A stretch of 64,000 nt of DNA from Candidatus Nealsonbacteria bacterium DGGOD1a (lineage in GTDB: Bacteria; Patescibacteriota; Minisyncoccia; Minisyncoccales; UBA5738). The translations under genes were made by a program, and so were the position numbers. Positions 55,201 to 63,550 of this stretch are shown here, one piece after another; within the stretch, counting starts at the first letter, position 1, and every line of letters starts with the position of its first letter. The notes under the pieces are model-generated. The model saw only the letters and a program-made list of their open reading frames with translations. It made no database searches and had not been told where the DNA came from. Where the stretch lies: contig CP092821.1 in NCBI GenBank assembly GCA_022530585.1, positions 326,222 to 390,221 on the forward strand, given 5' to 3'.

Positions 55201-55295
55201 CTAATAGGCATATTCAATTTCTACTTTTGTAGATAAAAAAGTATTCACTTTGTCCTGGGCTCTAATAGGCATATTCAATTTCTACTTTTGTAGAT
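52202..55295 (+). CRISPR. Type V-A CRISPR array: 50 identical 36-nt repeats, 49 spacers of 25-29 nt
   Basis: Repeat is CTCTAATAGGCATATTCAATTTCTACTTTTGTAGAT, counted line by line. The 3' end forms the UCUAC-UUUU-GUAGA crRNA hairpin. Same strand as the cas genes. Confidence 0.98.
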
Positions 55296-55324
55296 TTTTT
55301 TCGTTTTGAATGGGGACTTCAAAT

Positions 55325-55515
55325 TATTTAAATACTTTGAATTACGAAATTAGCGTTTGGGGAAATTTGACTTCAGCTTTTGGGAAGTCAATTTTCACCA
55401 AACGCGGCGGTAACCGCGCGAATTTTGAAATCAAATTTCCGCGATTACGCCGAAAATTGATTTCAAAATTCGCTGTTTCGTAATTCAAAATAAATAAGTA
55501 TTTAAATAAGTATTT
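55325..55515. repeat. Composite nested palindromic element (family A termini, family B-like core)
   Basis: Outer TATTTAAATACTTTGAATTACGAAA pairs with TTTCGTAATTCAAAATAAATAAGTATTTAAATA. Inner modules are AAATTTGACTTCAGCTTTTGGGAAGTCAATTT and GAATTTTGAAATCAAATTT..AAATTGATTTCAAAATTC. Confidence 0.8.
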
Positions 55516-55576
55516 AAATAATAACTTGGTATGAATCGAAAAATTGAAAACAAGAGCATCGGAAAACTTGCCAATA

Positions 55577-55645
55577 GGGACTAACCGCTCGCGAGTATCT
55601 CTCGCAAGAACCTCGGGACAGGCAACGAGGGTTAGACTCTTAAAA
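55577..55645. repeat. Family A core in reverse orientation
   Basis: The reverse complement contains GTTGCCTGTCCCGAG and GGGTTAGA motifs shared with 8181-8255. Confidence 0.7.
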
Positions 55646-55707
55646 TACCGTCCCAGTGCGCGCGTTTTAACGATAATATCGCCCGTGAGCGGGTTTTTTG
55701 CGGACTA

Positions 55708-55736
55708 TTGACAATGGTTTGGCATCGGGATATAAC
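55708..55736 (+). promoter_or_regulatory. Sigma70-type promoter for the RHS gene
   Basis: TTGACA (55708-55713), 17-nt spacer, TATAAC (55731-55736). Confidence 0.5.
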
Positions 55737-55841
55737 ACAGATTAAGAAAAACTAAAATCCGGGGGCTGTGAATAAAATCAACGCCGATAGATTATTATTT
55801 GCAATTTTTTTAGCCATCGCTTAGCGTTGGTTTTTTGAATT

Positions 55842-58800
55842 ATGAAAAAATTTATGAACAATATTTCAAAAACGATATTTGGAAAAGCGGGGAGATCGAT
55901 TCGCAAAGCGACGGTTGTGTTTTTAACATTTGCAACCATTGCGCAGCCCTTGTCGCCGCTGATTGTTTTGGCCGAGGAAACGGCTATCAGCCCGGAATCA
56001 ATTCCGGCCGCGGCTAATGCCGTGGAAGTAATTGAAAACGCGCTCGTTTTGGCAACTCCCGAAATCCCCGGCAACGCAGACTCGAGCGAAAAATCGGAAA
56101 CAAAACCCGCAATCAAAACCGCGCCGGATTCAGACAATCAAACACCCCGGATAATCATCAATTCAATCTCGGATACTTCGTCGTTTTCCGAAACTTTGGA
56201 ATCAAATTCAAGCGAACAATCCCCCAAAACTAAAGTCGCGGCGGGCGCCGGAACAGAAATGAGCGCGATGAACGCCAGCGCCGCGGGAATAAATTCGGTA
56301 AACGGGTTATCGGTTTCGGTATCAAATCCCGCGACAACAAAAAACCAACCCGACATCGACCAGAATACCGGCGCTTTAACATATAGCTTTCCCATTACAG
56401 TGCCGCCGGGCCGGAGCGGAATGCAACCCAACCTTGCCTTAACCTATAATAGTTCCAATAACGAACAAGGGAGCATTTTCGGCTACGGCTGGTCAATCAA
56501 TATTCCCTACATTCAGCGGCTCAACAAATTTGGCCTTAATGAAATGTATCATAACACCGGCAGCTCGGAATTTTTTTACTCGTCGATAGACGGCGAGATT
56601 ACCAGCGCGCTTGATAATTCCAATTTATACTTTGCAAGAACCGAAAATGGAGACTTCAATAAATATCTGTTAATGGACAACTATTGGATAATGCACGGGA
56701 AGGACGGTACGCAGTATAAATTCGGCGATTACGACGCCTCCCGGCAATACGATCCCGGCAATACCGATCATATCTACAAGTGGATGCTGAAAGAAATCCG
56801 CGACACAAACAATAACTTCATAACCTTTTCATATTATAAAGACGCCAACCAAATTTACCCGGAATCAATCAAATACACGGGCAACGGATCCACTGATGGA
56901 ATTTTTGAAGTTTCTTTCATGAAATCTTGGCGTCCAGATAACGGGATTGTTTCATATGATGCCGGATTTCCCGTTACTTCGAATTACTACATTACTGAAA
57001 TTGACACTAAGGTAAACGGCAATTGGGCGATGAAATACTTTCTCAATTACAATCTTAATCCCACCAACACCGGAGCGCTTTTGAATTCCATTGGAACGCA
57101 GGCGCAAGCGGCCGACGGCGTAATAACCGTGCTGCCGCTCGAACAATTCAGCTACCAAAACAACGCCCCCGGCTGGGCGCAAACCGCAACAACAACTCTG
57201 CCGTCTATCAGCTACAAACCGGGACCCGGATTTTCCTTTGCCACCGGCGACCATCAGCAGTTCATCGATCTGAACGGCGACGGTTTGCCCGAATTCATTG
57301 ATTTCGCTTTTTTATATCACGGGGATGGAATCATGACTTCCGATTCCTGTGACTCGCAATACGGTTCCGGCCAAGGATATTCACTTTTAAACGCCGTGGC
57401 CGCCGTGAACCGAAGAAATTACTGGGACAGCGGCGACACCACATGGAAACTTCCACAGGATCAAAACAGATTTTTTGAACGCGCCTGCCTTGACAGCGAT
57501 ATGAATGTGCAATTTGCCGATTTAAACGGCGACAATTTGCCCGACCTTATAAAAAGTTATATTGATTACAAATATTCATCGCCGGAAACTTTGCGAAGCG
57601 AGGTTTATTTGAACAATGGCAATGGCTGGACATTAAGCCCGAATTGGAAACTACCGTCATATACGCTGGGAAGCCAAGGTTATGCGACCACGCAAATTAT
57701 TTTTGGCGATGTCAACGGCGACAATTTGCCCGATTTGATTGAGACCGCCGCATGCTCGGGCTACCATTCCGGATCAAAATGCAGCGTAAACAATTCTCTC
57801 GTTTATCTTAATAATAATGGCTTGGGCTGGGGCCGGAACTACCAATGGGCATTCGGCTCCGCGCCCGGATTCGCATCTTTCCAATTTGTTGATCTGAACG
57901 GCGATGGCGCGCTCGAATTGGTCAGCAGCGCCTATGGAGACGCCGGCGCGCAAATCAAAGCCTATCGACCCGGATCAGATTGGTACCAAGGATGGGCGGA
58001 ATTTAATTCATACTCTATAAATTACGGTAAAGTTAACACCCCATATAGCGGCAGCATCCTTCCGCGCACGACCTTCGCGGATTGGAATAATGACAATCGT
58101 TTTGACGCAGTGGCGTATTTCATTAATAATAATCCTGCCAACAATGTAATCAACGGATACAAAAACGGCATATCGAATTTATCGCCGGCTTCCTTAACTT
58201 TACCGATCAATAATAGCGTGTGCGGCGCCAACAATTCATTCTGCGTCCCGCAATTTTCCGATACCAATGGCGACGGCTTGCAAGATCTTGTTCAAATAAA
58301 CAGCAATGTGACCACCCAAGGAATTGATTTCCGCGGCGCGGTTTTCGCCAACATTGCCCAAAAACAAGATTTGTTAAGCAAGGTATCTTATCCGCAGGGA
58401 GGGGAGACTGCAATCGCTTACAAAACTGCGACGCAATACGCGAACAACAAATCGCCTTACCAGCTGTTTACGGTTTCGCAAATCACAAACAATGATAACG
58501 CCGGCAATTTCGATAGCCACACTTATGATTATTCGGGGGCGTCGTATTATTTTGATTCGCCGATGAACCGCAAGTTTGCCGGATTTAAGATAATTACTCA
58601 AACCGATGCGGCCGGAAATGTTGCGAAAACCTATTTTAACACCGGAAACGGCACCGATTCAGCCAACGGCCAATACGCCGACAGCTATTACAAAATTGGT
58701 AAAGTTTATCGTACCGAGCAATACGACGGCGCGGGAAATCTTTACGCGGCAACAATCAATAAATGGGACTCGTCGCAACGAAATATTAATTCAAATTTTG

Positions 58801-61800
58801 TGTATCCGGCACAAACCATAGAGCAAAGTTACGATGGCCAGGCAACCCACCGCGACAAAGCGCAAAGCTTTTTATACGACAACCAAAGCGGCAATTTGAT
58901 CCAAAAAACCAATCATGGCGAGGTTATTGCAAACCAAGACGGATCTTTTGCCGGAATTGACAGCGCGCAATATACCGCCAGCTATTCTTATGGCCTGTTA
59001 AGAGGCTATTCCACCACTTCATATGTAACGAGCATCCAAATTCGGGACCAAAATTCAAACAAAATAAGCGAATCAAAATTCTATTATGATTGGTCGTCCT
59101 ATAACTATATTATTGCCGGCAACTTGACAAAGGAAGAAAATTGGATTTCAGGTTCAACCTACGCCACATCGTATAAATACTATAATAATTACGGCTTGGT
59201 TGGCCAGTCGGTCGATCCCAACGGCAACTCCACAAATTTTAACTACGACAGTTATAATTTATATCCGGCGGAAGCGATCAACGCGTTCGGCCAAATCACT
59301 AGATATGCCTATGATTATCCATCGGGCCAGGTAACGCAAACTACGGACGCGAACAACTTGCTTTCAAATACGACTTACGACGGTTTTGGCCGGGTCCTGC
59401 GATACTTGGAGTATCCATCGATACAAAGCGCCAAATCAACATTTGTCTACACCGATGTGATTGGAAATTTCAGCGTACAGGAAACCGCCTATCTTAATTC
59501 GCAAACCGCGGTAACCGGTTACAGTTATTACGATGGCTTGGGGCGTTTGATCCAAACCAAAAAATCCGCTCGAAAAGGTAATTTTGAAACGAAAGATTTT
59601 GCTTATGACAATCGCGGCAACTTGCAAAAAGAATCATTGCCGTATTTCACCGCCAACAGCGCGAAAACTAGCCCCACAACAAATTCACTGCTTTACACAA
59701 CCTATTCCTACGACGCGCTGGGCCGGAAAACCAGTGTTGCGAACGCGCTGGGAACCACAACTTACAGTTACAAAAATTGGCAGACGACAATCACCGACGC
59801 CAATTCAAATTCCAAAGATTATTCTTATGACGCATATGGCAATTTAGCAAAAGTTGTGGAACACGACGATTCAAAAGACTACGCTACCGCCTATTCTTAT
59901 GACGGACTGGGTAATTTAACCAATATCACCGACGCATCGGGCAATGTGCGGAATTTCCATTACAATGGTTTGGGCCGCGCTGTAAACATCGAGGATTTGC
60001 ATGCCCCCACAGCCACTGTTTTTGGCTATCGCGGATACCTTTACGATAACGCCGGTAATTTGCTTAAGTTGGTCGATGCAAAAAATCGAACGACCGCTTT
60101 CGAATATGATTCGATCAACCGCCAAAAATCGGAAAGCATTGACGGCTCAACGACAAAAACATTCACCTATGACAATTGCGCCAATGGCGTTGGGCGTTTG
60201 TGTCAAGTTGTTATGTCCGGTGAAACCGAGAATTTTGAGTATTCCATCTTGGGCAATCTCGCCAAAGATACGAAAGTTCGCGATAACCAAACTTTTACCA
60301 CCCAATATACCTACGATTACCAAGGAAATCCGCTCACAATCACCAATCCCGACGGTTCAATCGCAAAATTCAGTTACAACGCCGCAGGCCTGACCGAAAG
60401 CGTTTCACGCCAGGAACCAGCGGTGGCGGCGGTTGGCGTAGTGAGCAGTTTTGATTATTCGCCGGCGCGCCAAGTAAGCGCGCTAAATTACGGCTCCGGC
60501 ATCGCGACCGTTAATACCTTTGATCCAAACCAGCTATATCGCTTAACGCGCAAAATTTCCGGCGTCGGCGCAACCAACTTGCAGGATCTTGCCTATAACT
60601 ATGATGCGGTTGGCAACATCATTAAGATAACGGATAGCTCCGCAACCGCGACAAAGAAAACCGTTGCCTATGGATATGATAAACTTTACCGATTAACATC
60701 GGTTGCGGCCGCAAACACCGCCAACAACCAGAACTACACGCAGAATTTCACCTATGATCCGCTGGGAAATATGTTAAGTCAAAAACTCAATGACCAAACA
60801 ATGAGTTATAGCTACCAGCCAAGCTCGACTCTGGCCAACCCGGACGCGGTTACCTCAATTACAACCAATAATCCTTTGGCGGAGCCAATCATTTCCACTT
60901 TCACCGCCACTCCGGCAACGATCAACGCCGGCGCCACCACGACCTTGGCTTGGACATTATCCGGCGGCGCGCCGACCACGCTGACGATCACTCCAAGCGT
61001 GGGCAGTGTGCTGAACACTCTTTCCAAAGTCGTTACCGTTTCGGCAACCACAACCTACACGCTCACCGCGACCAACGCGGTGGGCACCACTGCCAAAACC
61101 GTGACCGTGAACGCCAAACCGACCGCGCCGGTGATCAAAACTTTCACCGCCGCTCCGGCAACGATCAACGCCGGCGCCACCACGACCTTGGCCTGGACCT
61201 TGGACGGCGGGACTCCCACATCTTTAACAATTAATAATGGCGTGGGTTCGGTGCTGGGTGCGACATCCAAAACGGTATCGCCGGTAACCACCGCTACCTA
61301 CACCTTGACCGCGGCCAATGCCGCCGGGACAGTGACCAAAACGGTTAGCGTCACGGTTATTCCAACTCCGGTGATTTCCAGTTTTACGGCCGCGCCCGCG
61401 GCCATTACCAAGGGGAAATCAGCAACTTTGTCGTGGACGCTTACAGGCGGAACCGCCACCTCGCTTTCAATCAATAATGGCGTCGGGTCAGTTCTTGGAA
61501 AAACATCAGTCACGGTTAAGCCGTCATTGACCACAACCTACACGCTCACGGCGGTTGGTTCGGCGGGAACCGCAACCGCAACTGCAACCGTAACCGTGGT
61601 TGCGGCTCCAACTATTTCCAGCTTTACCGCAAGTTCGGTGAACATTAACCAGGGCGGCTCGGTAACGCTTTCCTGGAAATTAGGCGGCGGCGCTCCCGAT
61701 ACTTTGGCAATTGACAATAATGTGGGTTCGGTTGTCGGTAAAACATCGATTGTCGTGGCGCCAACGCAAACTACAACCTACAAACTGACATCCAAAAACA

Positions 61801-63542
61801 TTGCCGGAACCGCGACTAAAACCGTGAAAGTTACTGTAAAGATTCCCGCTCCGACAATTACCGGTTTCACGGCAACATCGGTCGTTATTAACAAAGGACA
61901 ATCGACAACTTTGTCGTGGACGCTGGGAGGTTCGACTCCAACCACATTAAGCATAGATCAAGGCGTTGGTTCGGTGCTTGGCGCAACCTCAAAAATCGTG
62001 GCGCCCACGAAAACCACCACCTATACGCTGACATCTAAAAATAGCGCCGGGACCGCGACCAAAAAAATTACGATTACGGTTAGGCGAGTTTTTCTGCTTA
62101 ATGATTTGACAAGTAAAATTGTTCGCGCCGCAATCGGTTCGGCGGCAAAGATTTTCGCGGTCATCGCCGATACATTCTCAATTCCCACCGCCTATGCCGC
62201 CGGCGCCACCACCACGGCCAATTATCAATATGACGCCAATGGCAATCTGTTAACCGACGGCAAAACCACTTACACCTACGATTACCAAAACCGCATAGTT
62301 TCAACCGCAACCGGTATAACCGGCGCGAGCACGGTTTCCGCTTACTCGTATGATTTCCAAGGCCAAAGGGATAAATCAGTTGTTACCATCACCACTACCG
62401 ACGCGGCCACGGGGAATGTTACAATAAAGGTAATCACAACCTACACGCCGACAAGCTATTACAGTTCGTCGGTTACAACCACGACCGTAAAAAGTAAAAC
62501 CGGAACGGTTTTGTCCGCCACGACCGCGCCCGCGGAAATCACCAAACACATCTTTGCCAACGGCCGGATGTTGGCCACGGTGAGGGGGACGGGTGCCAGC
62601 GCCAAGGCATATGTAACTCTCACCGACAGCCTAAACGGTTCCACGGTGGTATTGGATTCCAACAATGCCATTGTTGAAACCACGGATTACTATCCCTTTG
62701 GCGCGATCCGGTTTGACAATCAAGTAAATTCGTACAATGAAAAGCGCAAATACATCGGTCAGGAGTACGATGCCGAAACCAGCTTGTCATACCTCAACGC
62801 CCGGTATTACAATGGAACCATCGGCAGATTCATAACCCAAGACCCGGTCTTCTGGGGAAATCAGAATTTGAGCGATCCGCAGAGCTTGAATGCGTATTCG
62901 TACGCTAACAACAATCCGATTACCTTGAGCGACCCGAGCGGGTTGATGACACTCGCAGAGATACAAACTCAGATAGACTCAATCAAATCGCAAATTGGGA
63001 CGCTCACGAAAGCGGTTGGCGATTATACGGCACAAGCGGGCAAAGCGGCGGTAAATGGCGTTAAATCGGCGGCGACTACTGCTTACAACGCTACCACAGG
63101 TACTGTCGCAAAAGCTAAAAATTATGTTTCCAATTCTGACCCGGACAAGAATATTTTTGCATCCCGTAAAAATCCCAACGGTACGGATGGTTTATCGAAT
63201 TTTGACGCTTTTTTGACATTCGGGATGCCCGGTGTTGGCGGTATGATGGTTGGCGCTGGGAAAGGAATTGGCAAAACCGCAATCGTAGTTAAAAAAGCGT
63301 TAGCTGATGAAAATAAATTTACGCACCTATTTAACAATACCAAGCATGGTTTGGCACCATTGGTGGAACAATTTGGTAGTCAAAAAAATGTAATTCAAGA
63401 GGTGGCAAAAAACATTGTAGGTAAATATCAAGGTAGTGGCGTAAACGAAATAGTTGTAAAAATTGGTGATACCATGGTAACGGTGAGAGGCCAAATTGTT
63501 GATGGGATTGAACGTATCGGCACTTTCTTTGTTAAAAATTAA
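55842..63542 (+). CDS. Giant SpvB/FG-GAP/RHS-repeat polymorphic toxin (2566 aa)
   Basis: N-terminal anchor. SpvB-like GALTYSFPITVPPGRSGMQPNLALTYNS..GYGWS. Five DLNGDGLPE-type FG-GAP/VCBS repeats. Dozens of YD repeats (YDGLGRL, YDALGRK, YDAYGNL..). RHS core end YLNARYYNGTIGRFITQDP..NPITLSDPSGL, followed by a 198-aa variable tail. Confidence 0.9.
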   Translation: MKKFMNNISKTIFGKAGRSIRKATVVFLTFATIAQPLSPLIVLAEETAISPESIPAAANAVEVIENALVLATPEIPGNADSSEKSETKPAIKTAPDSDNQTPRIIINSISDTSSFSETLESNSSEQSPKTKVAAGAGTEMSAMNASAAGINSVNGLSVSVSNPATTKNQPDIDQNTGALTYSFPITVPPGRSGMQPNLALTYNSSNNEQGSIFGYGWSINIPYIQRLNKFGLNEMYHNTGSSEFFYSSIDGEITSALDNSNLYFARTENGDFNKYLLMDNYWIMHGKDGTQYKFGDYDASRQYDPGNTDHIYKWMLKEIRDTNNNFITFSYYKDANQIYPESIKYTGNGSTDGIFEVSFMKSWRPDNGIVSYDAGFPVTSNYYITEIDTKVNGNWAMKYFLNYNLNPTNTGALLNSIGTQAQAADGVITVLPLEQFSYQNNAPGWAQTATTTLPSISYKPGPGFSFATGDHQQFIDLNGDGLPEFIDFAFLYHGDGIMTSDSCDSQYGSGQGYSLLNAVAAVNRRNYWDSGDTTWKLPQDQNRFFERACLDSDMNVQFADLNGDNLPDLIKSYIDYKYSSPETLRSEVYLNNGNGWTLSPNWKLPSYTLGSQGYATTQIIFGDVNGDNLPDLIETAACSGYHSGSKCSVNNSLVYLNNNGLGWGRNYQWAFGSAPGFASFQFVDLNGDGALELVSSAYGDAGAQIKAYRPGSDWYQGWAEFNSYSINYGKVNTPYSGSILPRTTFADWNNDNRFDAVAYFINNNPANNVINGYKNGISNLSPASLTLPINNSVCGANNSFCVPQFSDTNGDGLQDLVQINSNVTTQGIDFRGAVFANIAQKQDLLSKVSYPQGGETAIAYKTATQYANNKSPYQLFTVSQITNNDNAGNFDSHTYDYSGASYYFDSPMNRKFAGFKIITQTDAAGNVAKTYFNTGNGTDSANGQYADSYYKIGKVYRTEQYDGAGNLYAATINKWDSSQRNINSNFVYPAQTIEQSYDGQATHRDKAQSFLYDNQSGNLIQKTNHGEVIANQDGSFAGIDSAQYTASYSYGLLRGYSTTSYVTSIQIRDQNSNKISESKFYYDWSSYNYIIAGNLTKEENWISGSTYATSYKYYNNYGLVGQSVDPNGNSTNFNYDSYNLYPAEAINAFGQITRYAYDYPSGQVTQTTDANNLLSNTTYDGFGRVLRYLEYPSIQSAKSTFVYTDVIGNFSVQETAYLNSQTAVTGYSYYDGLGRLIQTKKSARKGNFETKDFAYDNRGNLQKESLPYFTANSAKTSPTTNSLLYTTYSYDALGRKTSVANALGTTTYSYKNWQTTITDANSNSKDYSYDAYGNLAKVVEHDDSKDYATAYSYDGLGNLTNITDASGNVRNFHYNGLGRAVNIEDLHAPTATVFGYRGYLYDNAGNLLKLVDAKNRTTAFEYDSINRQKSESIDGSTTKTFTYDNCANGVGRLCQVVMSGETENFEYSILGNLAKDTKVRDNQTFTTQYTYDYQGNPLTITNPDGSIAKFSYNAAGLTESVSRQEPAVAAVGVVSSFDYSPARQVSALNYGSGIATVNTFDPNQLYRLTRKISGVGATNLQDLAYNYDAVGNIIKITDSSATATKKTVAYGYDKLYRLTSVAAANTANNQNYTQNFTYDPLGNMLSQKLNDQTMSYSYQPSSTLANPDAVTSITTNNPLAEPIISTFTATPATINAGATTTLAWTLSGGAPTTLTITPSVGSVLNTLSKVVTVSATTTYTLTATNAVGTTAKTVTVNAKPTAPVIKTFTAAPATINAGATTTLAWTLDGGTPTSLTINNGVGSVLGATSKTVSPVTTATYTLTAANAAGTVTKTVSVTVIPTPVISSFTAAPAAITKGKSATLSWTLTGGTATSLSINNGVGSVLGKTSVTVKPSLTTTYTLTAVGSAGTATATATVTVVAAPTISSFTASSVNINQGGSVTLSWKLGGGAPDTLAIDNNVGSVVGKTSIVVAPTQTTTYKLTSKNIAGTATKTVKVTVKIPAPTITGFTATSVVINKGQSTTLSWTLGGSTPTTLSIDQGVGSVLGATSKIVAPTKTTTYTLTSKNSAGTATKKITITVRRVFLLNDLTSKIVRAAIGSAAKIFAVIADTFSIPTAYAAGATTTANYQYDANGNLLTDGKTTYTYDYQNRIVSTATGITGASTVSAYSYDFQGQRDKSVVTITTTDAATGNVTIKVITTYTPTSYYSSSVTTTTVKSKTGTVLSATTAPAEITKHIFANGRMLATVRGTGASAKAYVTLTDSLNGSTVVLDSNNAIVETTDYYPFGAIRFDNQVNSYNEKRKYIGQEYDAETSLSYLNARYYNGTIGRFITQDPVFWGNQNLSDPQSLNAYSYANNNPITLSDPSGLMTLAEIQTQIDSIKSQIGTLTKAVGDYTAQAGKAAVNGVKSAATTAYNATTGTVAKAKNYVSNSDPDKNIFASRKNPNGTDGLSNFDAFLTFGMPGVGGMMVGAGKGIGKTAIVVKKALADENKFTHLFNNTKHGLAPLVEQFGSQKNVIQEVAKNIVGKYQGSGVNEIVVKIGDTMVTVRGQIVDGIERIGTFFVKN
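60881..62087 (+). repeat. Five tandem ~80-aa (~240-nt) Ig-like beta-sandwich repeats inside the RHS gene
   Basis: Each unit reads P.I..FTA.P..I..G...TL.W.L.GG....L.I...VGSV.G..S..V.P...TTY.LT..N..GT.TKTV.VTV. Units 1 and 2 share a near-identical ~55-nt stretch (60901-60955 vs 61145-61199). Confidence 0.85.
62946..63539 (+). other. C-terminal variable toxin module of the RHS protein (family unassigned)
   Basis: Begins right after the DPSGL (62931-62945) RHS core boundary. 198 aa; no motif recognised. Confidence 0.6.
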
Positions 63543-63550
63543 TAAAATAT

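Noticed and set aside
45407-55840. Search for a tracrRNA or an HNH domain, i.e. a type II or V-B interpretation
   Set aside because: The effector has no HNH motif between RuvC II and III. The repeat carries its own 3' hairpin typical of self-processed Cas12a crRNA. The only anti-repeat-like match (52033-52049) is short, bulged, AT-rich and borderline by chance, so it is reported as a low-confidence finding rather than as a tracrRNA.
60911-60921. Possible self-targeting: spacer 46 (ACTCCGGCAACCCTATGCCCCGAATT) versus the RHS gene ACTCCGGCAACGATC
   Set aside because: Only 11 contiguous nt match, which is well within chance. No other spacer showed a convincing in-window match by eye. A full search needs computation.
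60881-62087. Diversity-generating retroelement (template/variable repeat) explanation for the near-identical Ig repeat segments
   Set aside because: There is no reverse transcriptase gene in the window. The differences between repeat units are not adenine-specific. The units are in-frame tandem domains of one protein.
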